From a virus (Duplodnaviria; Caudoviricetes), in the IMG/VR virus record IMGVR_UViG_3300013121_000020, positions 290,092 to 354,091 of that record: a stretch of DNA of 64,000 nt; one strand, written 5' to 3'. Shown in pieces: positions 40,773 through 50,471 of this stretch; position 1 is the stretch's first letter; every line of letters begins with the position of its first letter. Below the pieces are notes generated by a model. It ran no database searches, had not been told where the DNA came from, and saw only the letters and a list, made by a program, of their open reading frames with translations. Both the position numbers and the translations under genes were made by a program.

Positions 40773-41255
40773 TTATTCGTTGTCGTATCCGGTTGCTTCT
40801 TGTAGTTGCTCTTTAGAGTACATGCTACATGCGTCTTGAAAAAGGCGTGCTGCTGCTTCAAAAATTCGTTTTTTCGTAAAAGCAAGCTCGCTTTCGTACT
40901 GTTTGACTTTTTTCATTTTATCATTATAAAATAATATAAATTCTGAGATATCAAATCCGGGCAAGTCTTTTAGTCGCGTAATGAGACTTTCGGTATACTC
41001 AAGATCGTAAAGACTAGCTTGAAATTCTGCCAAACCTTTTGGCATAAAGTAGCACAACGGCCGCTTGATGTACGTTTTCTTCAGCCATTTGACCGCTTCC
41101 AATTTAGTAGGAAATCCACTTGTTACAGCTTCATCAAAATCAACATGATTGATATTCCAGCGGTTTTCATACCCAGGTTGATTTGATTGCCATATATGAA
41201 ATAAACCGTCTGGTGTCTTGTAGCCTTGATTGTTTGGAAGTCGCTTTAATTTCAT
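40773..41255 (-). CDS. Hypothetical protein
   Basis: 160-aa ORF. Confidence 0.6.
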   Translation of the reverse strand: MKLKRLPNNQGYKTPDGLFHIWQSNQPGYENRWNINHVDFDEAVTSGFPTKLEAVKWLKKTYIKRPLCYFMPKGLAEFQASLYDLEYTESLITRLKDLPGFDISEFILFYNDKMKKVKQYESELAFTKKRIFEAAARLFQDACSMYSKEQLQEATGYDNE

Positions 41256-41264
41256 AATTCAGTC

Positions 41265-42176
41265 TCACAATAGGCCATTATAACGGCACGCATCTACATA
41301 TAATCTAGCTTTAAACGATTTATCGTAGATATCCATAAAAACCTTGTCATAATCAATAGATGGGTCACACAGTGAAAATGTTTTGTATATTGAACGCATA
41401 CCATCATGACAAAACATATCATCGTTATCATGTCCAGAAATAGTTAATGTTTGTGCTTTAGCATCAACATCAACAGTGCAAATTGTAGATAAATTGCTAC
41501 TACGATTATTCTGGTGGTACCATGTATATATTGGAAAAATCCAATGTGCAATTACCATGTGTGGGTTTAAATGAGAAACACCCCACCTTTTTTGATATTG
41601 TACTGATATTGCGTAACTTTTTGATAGTTTGTGTGAAGCTAACACATTTCTTAAATGGTGCATTATTACAGCTGACGCTACACAATTATCTATTTCAACT
41701 GGTGTATCATCGAACCTAATTCCAGACGTATATGATCGTCTTTTTGAATATGATAATGGCAATAAAACTAATCTGGCGTTTTTCTTACTAAATGGTTGTT
41801 TGCTGTGTATTTTATCAATTCCAATGTCGAATGTAGCATGTCGTCTCCAGGCATCAGTTATGCAAAATTCTGCACCTGTTAATGCGCATTTGCCCTGCTG
41901 GTCATGCCATAGTGATACGAAATCACGAATTCGTAGTGTTAGTTCTTGTCGTTGCAAATACTCCTGTAGTTTAAAAATTACATCAATTTCCGCTGGTGTC
42001 CAACATTTACCGCTTTTGTATGCTATTGGACGTATGGCAGTTCCGCCAGTTTCAAATGGCTTCGAAATTAATTTTCGTGAAAATTGTTTTCGTTCTCTTT
42101 TTTGTGGAATTCTGATTTTTTCCGTGGCTTTAAACATAATTTCCCTCATTTCTTTGAATTGCTCACCGCTCGACAT
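41265..42176 (-). CDS. Hypothetical protein with degenerate HNH/EndoVII-like segment
   Basis: Q.GKCALTG....IDKI.....N.RLV pattern. Confidence 0.55.
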   Translation of the reverse strand: MSSGEQFKEMREIMFKATEKIRIPQKRERKQFSRKLISKPFETGGTAIRPIAYKSGKCWTPAEIDVIFKLQEYLQRQELTLRIRDFVSLWHDQQGKCALTGAEFCITDAWRRHATFDIGIDKIHSKQPFSKKNARLVLLPLSYSKRRSYTSGIRFDDTPVEIDNCVASAVIMHHLRNVLASHKLSKSYAISVQYQKRWGVSHLNPHMVIAHWIFPIYTWYHQNNRSSNLSTICTVDVDAKAQTLTISGHDNDDMFCHDGMRSIYKTFSLCDPSIDYDKVFMDIYDKSFKARLYVDACRYNGLL

Positions 42177-42262
42177 AAGGTTTCTTCGGCGGCGCGGCGA
42201 GTTGGAAATTCCATGAGTGAACCGTCAATTATTAAAACGTTGTGTCATCAACAATCATTATG

Positions 42263-43351
42263 TTAATGCTCAATCATGTTTAATATAGTATAATATATCA
42301 TAAAAATTTTGTCAAATACAGTTGCTGCTGGTACTTTCGATAAAGCCCAATCACGATTATCAAGAGATAAATAGAATGTTGTTTGTGATCTATGATAAGA
42401 ATTTGGTGTAATTTTGCTATGTTCTGTTATATAGTATTCTGCTTGATGTGAAATTGGATGAAAACCATAACGTACTGGAATATTATCACATCTAAGGTTC
42501 ATTATAAGATTGTTAAGTATTTGCCACGAGTTCTGTGTATGTGGCAATTGAACATCATAAACCCATGGCACATCTCGATGCGATGTTGATAACCATGAAC
42601 ATTGTGAATTAAAAAGTGATTCAAGATGTCGTCTACTTTGATAATTTATATGATATGTATGATTATCTAGATTCTTTAATACCAGCGATGCTAAAGAATT
42701 TGATAATCGATAGTTGTAACCACGTGGAATGTGTTCATAGTTATGTTTATCAGTGAAACCCATCGATCTGCGCATTCTTGCGGCATTGGCTGCTTTGATA
42801 TCTTTAAACCAAACCGCACCACCTTCTTCACCACCAATAACTTTATTTTTATAAAATGACCAACATATAGCATCAGCTAATGGAATATTATCCAAATCTC
42901 GTGCAATTTCCCCTCCGTGAGCTTCTGCCATATCTTGAATAATTTTACATGACTCCTTAAATGCTCCATAATTGCGCAATGTTGACAATCCAGCAATATT
43001 TGACATTCGACCATAGGTATCAACAGATATTACTGCAGACAAATTGTTTGTTAAACACTGTAATGTGTTAGTACATAAATTGAATTCATCTACTGTGCCT
43101 TTTGCGCCTATATCTCCAATCACAACTTTACCGCCCGCCAATGATACAGATCGCGGTATCGCAATCATTGAAAAATCTGGTATTAAGACTTCGCGATCTT
43201 TTGGTGGTAAACAAAATAGTCCATCACCATCCCACGCACATTCTAATGCCAAATGTAGCGCGGCAGTTCCAGAAGAGCAACAAACCATGTGTTCTGGGTT
43301 TAATTTACAAAAAACGGCAAAATCATTTTCTAATAGTTTATATGGTTCCAT
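42263..43351 (-). CDS. DegT/DnrJ/EryC1/StrS PLP-dependent sugar aminotransferase
   Basis: CSSGTAALHLAL, QDMAEAHG, SFYKNK.IGGEEGG and GYNYR motifs. Confidence 0.9.
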   Translation of the reverse strand: MEPYKLLENDFAVFCKLNPEHMVCCSSGTAALHLALECAWDGDGLFCLPPKDREVLIPDFSMIAIPRSVSLAGGKVVIGDIGAKGTVDEFNLCTNTLQCLTNNLSAVISVDTYGRMSNIAGLSTLRNYGAFKESCKIIQDMAEAHGGEIARDLDNIPLADAICWSFYKNKVIGGEEGGAVWFKDIKAANAARMRRSMGFTDKHNYEHIPRGYNYRLSNSLASLVLKNLDNHTYHINYQSRRHLESLFNSQCSWLSTSHRDVPWVYDVQLPHTQNSWQILNNLIMNLRCDNIPVRYGFHPISHQAEYYITEHSKITPNSYHRSQTTFYLSLDNRDWALSKVPAATVFDKIFMIYYTILNMIEH

Positions 43352-43357
43352 TTTATC

Positions 43358-43597
43358 CTATAGCTTGTTAATTGGTATCGCCCACGATCCGCCGCAATGG
43401 ATATATTTATCTCCATCTACTCGATAATGTTCTTCAATGCGATAACAACCATCATATTCAATCGATGATTGTGGTAAACCACAATATGGACATGTTATTA
43501 ATACGTCTTTTTTAAAGAAGTATTGTATGCATTTAACCACTGAAACAATAATCCCAATAAATATAATGACTGCTAGGACGTTTATTTCAACAGTCAT
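43358..43597 (-). CDS. Small membrane protein with Zn-ribbon
   Basis: N-terminal hydrophobic helix and CPYC. Confidence 0.5.
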   Translation of the reverse strand: MTVEINVLAVIIFIGIIVSVVKCIQYFFKKDVLITCPYCGLPQSSIEYDGCYRIEEHYRVDGDKYIHCGGSWAIPINKL

Positions 43598-43627
43598 TAT
43601 ATATTCTCACAAAATTGTTAAAATACA

Positions 43628-44218
43628 TCACATACTATATGGGCGTGAATAGAATTGTTGTGGCATGCCCATCATAGTTTGTCTTGCGGCGTACGGTTCG
43701 CCAGGAACACGAATTGGAACTGTAGGAGGACTTAGATTGACATAGCCGTTATCATGATTGCTAAGAACTCTTGTGATGAATGTTATGACTTTACGTGGTG
43801 TTGTTTGTTTTCTTGCGGTGTGATATCCGGATTCTGGAATACGCACCATCCCAGATCTTATTTGTCTTGCTAAATCGTGTAATGAATTATGATGTGTTTC
43901 ACCAAGATACATTCGCTGACTACCCAACACAAATAAATTCCATCCAAGCACTGCTCGTCCCATTGCCGTATCAATTTCTTCTGCGAATGGGACAACTTCT
44001 ACTTTGTTAGATAAAACTGGTACAACCATAACCAAATCTTGCATTAATGCTGGATACATTTGGCGGTCAAAACTTTCACCAAATCCTTTATCTATAAAAT
44101 ATCTAATTAATAATCTGCGAACCACTTCGGCGTTAAGAACATGTTTGCATTTATCAATGGTATATGAATCGACATTTGGTCCACGTAAGATATTATCAAT
44201 TTTACTGCGTGATGGCAT
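43628..44218 (-). CDS. Hypothetical protein
   Basis: 196-aa ORF. Confidence 0.65.
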   Translation of the reverse strand: MPSRSKIDNILRGPNVDSYTIDKCKHVLNAEVVRRLLIRYFIDKGFGESFDRQMYPALMQDLVMVVPVLSNKVEVVPFAEEIDTAMGRAVLGWNLFVLGSQRMYLGETHHNSLHDLARQIRSGMVRIPESGYHTARKQTTPRKVITFITRVLSNHDNGYVNLSPPTVPIRVPGEPYAARQTMMGMPQQFYSRPYSM

Positions 44219-44267
44219 TGTAATTATCTCTTCATATTGCTAATATAGATTTTCGTTTGATATTATA

Positions 44268-44546
44268 TTAGAACTCAACAACAGCCCATCGAATATCACC
44301 GTTGTAATTATATACTATTTCGGCGATTTTTGGGGTGCGAATATTTGCAGACATTGTATATCCAGTTGTAGGGTCGCTGGCTTCAATCATCGGAGTGCCA
44401 CACGGTGTCGGATATACTTCATCTATTTGTGTATAACATTTTTGTGTTGAAATAAATCTAGATGCCTCAGCCGCCAATTCAGGTTTAACAGGATCAGCAC
44501 CATCACTATCCCAATTTGCCGCAAACGACATTAAATATTCTTTCAT
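44268..44546 (-). CDS. Hypothetical protein
   Basis: NWDSDGA.P motif in a 92-aa ORF. Confidence 0.55.
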   Translation of the reverse strand: MKEYLMSFAANWDSDGADPVKPELAAEASRFISTQKCYTQIDEVYPTPCGTPMIEASDPTTGYTMSANIRTPKIAEIVYNYNGDIRWAVVEF

Positions 44547-46390
44547 ACTAATTCCAAATGAGAGAACCTGTTTTTACGCGTAACTTTAATCTCGCGAGAA
44601 AACACATCACACATCATATTACGATGTGACACTATTAAAATAGTTTCAACACGATTAGCTAAATCAGTCTTAATAACATTGATTAATGCATCAATTCCAT
44701 CATCATCAAGTCTCCCATCAACCTCATCCAATACTAGAATATTGCACTGCCTTCCAAACATATATTCATGAAAATCAAAAGTGGCTAGCATAAATGCCAC
44801 ATCAGTCCGTTTTCTTTCACCACCAGACTCAAATTCATATCCCCACATATTGCTAGTGACGCTGAGTGAGTCTGTCAATTCTATTTTAATATCTAAGCCA
44901 AAAACATCAAGGTAATGCTTTAAACGACTATTAATAAATGGAACATGGTCTTTAAACACACAACTTTTTATTTTGTTTCTATCAGTATACGCTCTGTTAA
45001 TATAGTTATAATGCTTGTTTAGATATTCATGTCGTTGAATATCTTCGTCAATCTTCTGAATTTCGCTCTGGCATTCTTGGATTCTCAATTCTGCATTTTG
45101 TATTGAAGTATAGTGCGGATTTTCTTCGTTAATAATTGACTCTGCAAGTTTACGAAGGCGTAATACTTCTTGATTGTGCCTATTCCATTGTTCATGAATA
45201 CTTTGTGCGTCTCTAATCGTTAATGGTGGCTGTTTTTGTGCTATAATCGCCTCAGCATTGCTAACAGCTTTCATCATTTCAGCATACTTATTACGCAATG
45301 TTTTTTGTTGGTCCCTAATGGTGTTTGCTGCTGTACGTTCGCTATTAGCTTTTTGTATTAATGGTTCAATTCGATTATCAACATGTTCATGTGGTATTGA
45401 TTGTTCGCATGATGTACATATTTTACCACCTTTTTCTTTCCACAATCTGATTTTATTATCGCACGCTGAAGCGGTTGACTCGTGTTCAGAAATTGCTGAA
45501 TTTAAATTATCTGCTTCAGATCTTATGTTGTTTGCGTCTGCTCTTTGTGCGTTGATTTTGGCTTGTATTTGTCGCACCACTTCCCATTTTGATTTTAGTT
45601 TTTCAATGTCTGGGAGTTCGATGCTGTTTCGTGTTTCTTCTTCTGTTACTGCTGCTGCAAGCATCTCTTGTCGTCGTCGTTCTTTATTAGCTGTAAATGT
45701 GTTAGCGGCTTCTGTTAAACGTTGAATTTCAACTTGTAATCTATTCATTTCTCGTTCTAGACTTGATTTTTTAACATTGGCATGTTCGACTTGACTATCG
45801 AGTTTATCACATTTACCCTTAGCAACTTTAGCATAATATGAAAATCTATCAACGTGCAGTAAACGTTCAAGAGCTTTCTTGCGTGATTGATCAGACATTT
45901 CCATCCATGGCTTACCATATTGGTTGAAAAATGTTGATCCGCAAAATATTTCCCAATCAAGATCGAATGTGCGTGCTAGTTTTGCTTGTTGATTTTTTGC
46001 GGTTGATAATGTTTCAGAAACGCTTCTATTTTCATCTCCATCTTTGACAACTATTAATTCATTGTGACCGTTTACGTTTCTTGTTCTAGTGATACTATCG
46101 CCATTTTTAAATGTGATTTGTCCCCAGCAGTCTTTTCCTGTAAACCAATTTACAACTGCATCACCGGGGTTTGCAGAATGCATTGTACGACCAAACAACA
46201 CCCATTGAATAACAGATGGGATTGTTGATTTTCCAGCACCGTTTGATTTTCTAATTGCTCCGATAACACCATCATCGTCGATAACTTCACCAGTTATCAA
46301 ACATTGTCCAAGATTCGATAATTTTAAGTCGGTTTTGTAATTGCCATATGATAGAAAATTTGACCATGAAATTGTGTCTATTTCAAGCAT
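44543..46390 (-). CDS. SbcC/Rad50/T4 gp46-like SMC ATPase
   Basis: NFLSYG, NGAGKS, coiled coil with a CTSC hook, SGGE and ILVLDEV motifs. Confidence 0.93.
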   Translation of the reverse strand: MLEIDTISWSNFLSYGNYKTDLKLSNLGQCLITGEVIDDDGVIGAIRKSNGAGKSTIPSVIQWVLFGRTMHSANPGDAVVNWFTGKDCWGQITFKNGDSITRTRNVNGHNELIVVKDGDENRSVSETLSTAKNQQAKLARTFDLDWEIFCGSTFFNQYGKPWMEMSDQSRKKALERLLHVDRFSYYAKVAKGKCDKLDSQVEHANVKKSSLEREMNRLQVEIQRLTEAANTFTANKERRRQEMLAAAVTEEETRNSIELPDIEKLKSKWEVVRQIQAKINAQRADANNIRSEADNLNSAISEHESTASACDNKIRLWKEKGGKICTSCEQSIPHEHVDNRIEPLIQKANSERTAANTIRDQQKTLRNKYAEMMKAVSNAEAIIAQKQPPLTIRDAQSIHEQWNRHNQEVLRLRKLAESIINEENPHYTSIQNAELRIQECQSEIQKIDEDIQRHEYLNKHYNYINRAYTDRNKIKSCVFKDHVPFINSRLKHYLDVFGLDIKIELTDSLSVTSNMWGYEFESGGERKRTDVAFMLATFDFHEYMFGRQCNILVLDEVDGRLDDDGIDALINVIKTDLANRVETILIVSHRNMMCDVFSREIKVTRKNRFSHLELV

Positions 46391-46394
46391 GTGA

Positions 46395-46616
46395 TTATTT
46401 CGATTTCGATTTTTTAGAACGATGTTTCTGCGATTTCAATACTGACGAAGGCTCTTTTAAATATGATTCATGTGGAGGATATCCATATACTCTTTCAATT
46501 TTTGAACAAAAACAACGTGGGCACCAATTAAGTGATCCTATTCCTTCTGTATATGGCGATCCAAAAAGTTCTAGCCATTTGAATCTACATCTTCTACATT
46601 TCGCATTAGCGTCCAT
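46395..46616 (-). CDS. Small Zn-ribbon protein
   Basis: CRRC...CPRC in a 73-aa ORF. Confidence 0.5.
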   Translation of the reverse strand: MDANAKCRRCRFKWLELFGSPYTEGIGSLNWCPRCFCSKIERVYGYPPHESYLKEPSSVLKSQKHRSKKSKSK

Positions 46617-46648
46617 TTTGACAACCGCTCAAGTTGAGTGTGATCGTG

Positions 46649-46766
46649 GTGTTCAGCGGAGCTGTTGACTCTCCTGTGTATCTCATGCCAGCGGGTGGTG
46701 TGCCAGCGCGATGAGTTATTCGGCATGATGTCATATCAGCGGTGATCCTCGTGTATACGTCAGCGG
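46649..46766 (-). CRISPR. Micro-repeat array A (five 10-11 nt repeat remnants)
   Basis: Plus-strand GTGTTCAGCGG 46649, ATGCCAGCGG 46685, GTGCCAGCGC 46700, ATATCAGCGG 46733 and ACGTCAGCGG 46757 match the end of the 36-nt repeat. Gaps between them are 5-25 nt. Confidence 0.65.
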
Positions 46767-46784
46767 CATACTTACTGGTAACAT

Positions 46785-47025
46785 CTCGCTGTGATGGCTG
46801 TACTACGTACCCACAATGGCATTTTACAATCTATTCAAACCGCTAGATTGTAAAATGACTCTCACCAGTTATGGTTTGTTAATCCATGTGGTACTTGCTA
46901 ACAATTGTTGAGTTTCAATCTGTAATTGAAACTGCTTGCTTCGCAGTTACGTAGTGATTTACACTAATAGCCACCAAAGTAATGTATGACTTGTTTTTAG
47001 GCTAGTCATACATTTAATTGCGGTT
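46785..47025 (-). ncRNA. tracrRNA-like RNA copy A
   Basis: Aligns with 47127-47359 and 52169-52408, with covarying stems and an anti-repeat CAGCG at the 3' end. Confidence 0.8.
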
Positions 47026-47059
47026 GTTCTAATTATCAAAGATCGTCATAAATCTCATG

Positions 47060-47105
47060 GTGTTTCAGCGGCGATGTTCATCGGGGATACCGCGTGTGCC
47101 AGCGG
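47060..47105 (-). CRISPR. Micro-repeat array B (two remnants, 24-nt spacer)
   Basis: GTGTTTCAGCGG at 47060 and GTGCCAGCGG at 47096. Confidence 0.65.
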
Positions 47106-47126
47106 CATACTTACGGGTAGTAACAT

Positions 47127-47359
47127 CCGCTGTGGTGGCCGTATTACACACCCACATGGCACTCTGCTATTATAAGAACCGCCAAATAGCAGAACGACTC
47201 TCGCCAGTTATGGTTTGTTAATCCATGTGGTACTTGCTAACAATTATTGAGTTTCAATCTGTGATTGAAACTGCTTGCTTCGCAGTTGTGTAATGTTCAC
47301 ACTAACCACCATGTTGCATATAGCTCGTTTTTAGGCTAGCTATATGTTTTGATTGCGGT
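47127..47359 (-). ncRNA. tracrRNA-like RNA copy B
   Basis: The most diverged copy. It has compensatory changes (ATTACACA/TGTGTAAT vs ACTACGTA/TACGTAGT) and an anti-repeat CAGCGG. Confidence 0.8.
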
Positions 47360-48021
47360 CACAGTTTTTCAATACATGTATCATTAGATTCATTTATAAT
47401 GATACATCGTGAATAATCAGGCACATATGATTTAATATTGGTAGCATCAGCCCATTTTTTGAAAAATGATTTCAATTCATTCCACTGGTCCTGCGATATT
47501 TGTTCATATGCACGTTCGTGCATGTTATCTTGGATATGATCACAAACTTTGTCTTTAATATCCATTGATGATAATAATTCTTCTTTTGTAAACCATAAAT
47601 ATTCAGGACTATCACCACCACTTTCGACAATTGATTGAACGGCATCTTCAATACCGTCAAAATAATATTTATCATTAATATATAACACACCATGATAGTT
47701 TAAAGGTAATTCAGTAAGTTTTTGCGCTTTTTCAAAACGATTCTGTTCTTTTATTCTATCAAGCTTGCAGCGATGTTCACTGAAATGTTTCTTACATAGT
47801 GATTGCCAATCTGCAAACGCTTCTTCACCACAAAGTTCACAGCGATGATTGCAACATCTTTCAGCTGTTTTTCTTGCGTACTCTAGACGTGCATTTGGAG
47901 TCAATTTCTGGTTTTCAAGTGCTACTGGCGCATATTTCGCACTATGAATTGTTTGGCATTGACTACATATCCATGCGTCTAACTTCTCGCCCTGTTCATT
48001 ACATAATCGCCATGGATTCAT
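47359..48021 (-). CDS. Hypothetical Cys-rich phage protein
   Basis: 220-aa ORF with CSQC...CC..CELC...C. Confidence 0.65.
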   Translation of the reverse strand: MNPWRLCNEQGEKLDAWICSQCQTIHSAKYAPVALENQKLTPNARLEYARKTAERCCNHRCELCGEEAFADWQSLCKKHFSEHRCKLDRIKEQNRFEKAQKLTELPLNYHGVLYINDKYYFDGIEDAVQSIVESGGDSPEYLWFTKEELLSSMDIKDKVCDHIQDNMHERAYEQISQDQWNELKSFFKKWADATNIKSYVPDYSRCIIINESNDTCIEKL

Positions 48022-48050
48022 TGATTGTTGCTCACAGTTTTGTTAAATGA

Positions 48051-48362
48051 TCAGACATATAATTTCATTTCACATATGTCAGAGAACACTCGTTTGATTG
48101 CTGCTATACGCTCTTCTTTTGTAGCAAATTGTCGAGCATATAAAAACGCAATCAATTCAATGGTACCGAATCCGCCTCTACATTCTGATATATTTAGTAA
48201 TTCTTCCTGTTGGTGTCCCAAATCCACATATGATGCATATGCTTCACGGTGAAGCCATTCCGGTATCTGGATTGCCTGAGTTTGAACCGGAAACATTAGC
48301 TTATTCATATCATTTCCCTCCACATCGTTAATTAACGCATGAGCAATTGGTGCTAGATGCAC
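48051..48362 (-). CDS. Hypothetical phage protein
   Basis: IP.W....AY..Y...Q.....RGGFG..EL pattern; the true start is probably MNKLMF. Confidence 0.6.
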   Translation of the reverse strand: MHLAPIAHALINDVEGNDMNKLMFPVQTQAIQIPEWLHREAYASYVDLGHQQEELLNISECRGGFGTIELIAFLYARQFATKEERIAAIKRVFSDICEMKLYV

Positions 48363-50310
48363 GTTGCTTCATATATGCCAATAATTCATCGCCAATCATA
48401 GCACGAAACTTTTGTTTATCTTCAGACGACTTTGAAACATATTGCTTCCAGTTGACCATCCATGACTTATCGACGGCGACTTTAATCAGATTTATTGCCG
48501 CATTTAAATCGCTGTTACGTTGTTTCTTACAGTTTACGCACCAGAACAATGGTCCACAATATGCTAATTTAACCTTATTATTCGATTGTGTAAATCTACC
48601 ACCTAAGTGACCACATACACCACAAACTCGTGATGTACCATTGGACATTACTGTTCTTACCATGATGCCATGTCGTGATGCTATAGATTCTAAATAGAAT
48701 TTAATAACACCATGCAACATAGTGGTAATTCGATTATTTGCAAATCTATTTTTCTCAAGGCTTGGTAATAGTGTCTTCAAATCCTCAATTACAATATAAC
48801 AAGCCAAATCTGGGTTTGCGCGTTTAGCGTCAAGTGCAATTTTCATAATTGCACTTGCAGTCTTCCGCGCTCTATCTATAATCACATTTCGTTTGTGTTT
48901 CTGTAGTTTCGAACCGTGATGTTTTGTAACTCGTCCGGTCAAGCTTCTAGATCGTGCAATACGCCGATGTAAACCATCTATCCCACGAATAGTTTTAGTA
49001 TGTGGTAATGATTTAATGGCTATAAATTTTGAGAATTTAATATCATTTTTATGACTTGTTGCGACTGCACAATATGCTGGATATCTAATTCCAAGATCTG
49101 CGGATACATAAATTGCTGGTTTCGTTTTGTCTGGGGTTTTCCATTGTGATGTACATTCAGCGGTGAATGCAAATATTGGCATTTTATTTGGGAATTTATA
49201 TCTAAGCGAGATGTTCGTTAACCGTATGCTTATATCACCATCTATCGTTCCAACTGGCGCGATGGTTTGACGTTTATTTTTTAATGTTACCGTTTGTTCA
49301 CGCACATTGGCATTCACCAATCTTTTATCGGCGGCGAATTTCACTGTCAACCATGGGCTTAATCCGTCAACAGTTGGTACTCTTACTTCTACTGATCCCA
49401 ACGATTCGCCGTTTATATTCAAATTGCGTTGTGTATTTGTGCGATATAACATTAGCCATGTTGGGTGATGGATTGCTGATGGTAATGTAAAGATTGCTGG
49501 TTTGTCTATTCGTCGAAGTTTGCGATATTCCTTATACGTATTATCTAAAGCGTGCAACTCTGGATTAAGTTGAAAGAATTTCTTTCTATACTTGATTTGT
49601 CCAGATATAAGTTTCCGATTTTGATCGCTGTCTATGGTGGCGTTTTTATCTCGCCATGTCACAAGCCGTGAGTTGGTAGCTATCCATTTAAGATATCGAT
49701 GCCATCTTAGACGATTGTTTTTAATGGCACCATGTTTAGTTTCCCATTTTTTAATCTCTGGTAATGCGTTATTCATAAAGTCTTGATTGTTCTTTATGAA
49801 TTTGGTAAATTTTAATCGTTGTTTGCGTCGATTACGATCTGATAATTTCTTGATTGCTACATATGCCTTTAATTTTGCAACAGCTGCTTCGATCGCTATT
49901 TCTCTGATTTTACCAAATGGATGAATATCTGTTTTTGACAGTAATGATGCAATAATTTTAGAATTGGCTTGATAGTCGTCAAATAATTTCTTAGTGCGTT
50001 CTGGGCCAAATTTATTTTCAGAGACTTTAATAGCGCACTTTGGTTTCCAGTCTATACGAGAAAATGCGTTGGTGATATAGTCTGATATATCTACCTTCAC
50101 CATCGCCAATTCCACAAGCGAACGACAAATGTCTTTGATATGCTGTGGTTGATGTAAAAGTTTTCCACGTCCATTATATATATCAAACAAACTGGTGATG
50201 GCAGTTCGGACACATGAATTAAATATTTCATGACCTCTGAACAACAATTTTTGCGTTTGTTGATCGCAAACACAGCGTGAAGTATATATTATGTGTTTTG
50301 AACTAGCCAT
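48328..50310 (-). CDS. cas12: Compact type V CRISPR effector (Cas12b/Cas12g-like), 660 aa
   Basis: RuvC-I VSADLG, RuvC-II IVIEDL, Zn finger TSRVCGVC...CVNC and RuvC-III NSDLNAAINL. The N-terminal L...H..FN..VR and FTLP.A..HP.W motifs resemble Cas12b. It is flanked by an array and tracr-like RNAs. Confidence 0.85.
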   Translation of the reverse strand: MASSKHIIYTSRCVCDQQTQKLLFRGHEIFNSCVRTAITSLFDIYNGRGKLLHQPQHIKDICRSLVELAMVKVDISDYITNAFSRIDWKPKCAIKVSENKFGPERTKKLFDDYQANSKIIASLLSKTDIHPFGKIREIAIEAAVAKLKAYVAIKKLSDRNRRKQRLKFTKFIKNNQDFMNNALPEIKKWETKHGAIKNNRLRWHRYLKWIATNSRLVTWRDKNATIDSDQNRKLISGQIKYRKKFFQLNPELHALDNTYKEYRKLRRIDKPAIFTLPSAIHHPTWLMLYRTNTQRNLNINGESLGSVEVRVPTVDGLSPWLTVKFAADKRLVNANVREQTVTLKNKRQTIAPVGTIDGDISIRLTNISLRYKFPNKMPIFAFTAECTSQWKTPDKTKPAIYVSADLGIRYPAYCAVATSHKNDIKFSKFIAIKSLPHTKTIRGIDGLHRRIARSRSLTGRVTKHHGSKLQKHKRNVIIDRARKTASAIMKIALDAKRANPDLACYIVIEDLKTLLPSLEKNRFANNRITTMLHGVIKFYLESIASRHGIMVRTVMSNGTSRVCGVCGHLGGRFTQSNNKVKLAYCGPLFWCVNCKKQRNSDLNAAINLIKVAVDKSWMVNWKQYVSKSSEDKQKFRAMIGDELLAYMKQRASSTNCSCVN

Positions 50311-50471
50311 AAATTTTTTCTATTGTGGTGATAAGTTACTAATTATTAAATACATGGTACGCAGCGTGGCGATTAATAATAATTATTAAATATGTGTGCG
50401 TTATAGGTTTACGGCGAGTTTCGACTCGCCACACTCTTATGGCTTTGACAACCCAATAATCGGAGAGTGTT

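Noticed and set aside
48328-50310. Ordinary IS200/IS605 TnpB
   Set aside because: It is much longer than typical TnpB and has no tnpA or IS ends. No guide RNA overlaps its 3' end. It has Cas12b/g-like motifs and a linked array with anti-repeat RNAs.
50341-50471. THF or ZTP riboswitch, tRNA or tmRNA upstream of folD
   Set aside because: Hairpins are present, but no consensus match or full cloverleaf could be built by eye.
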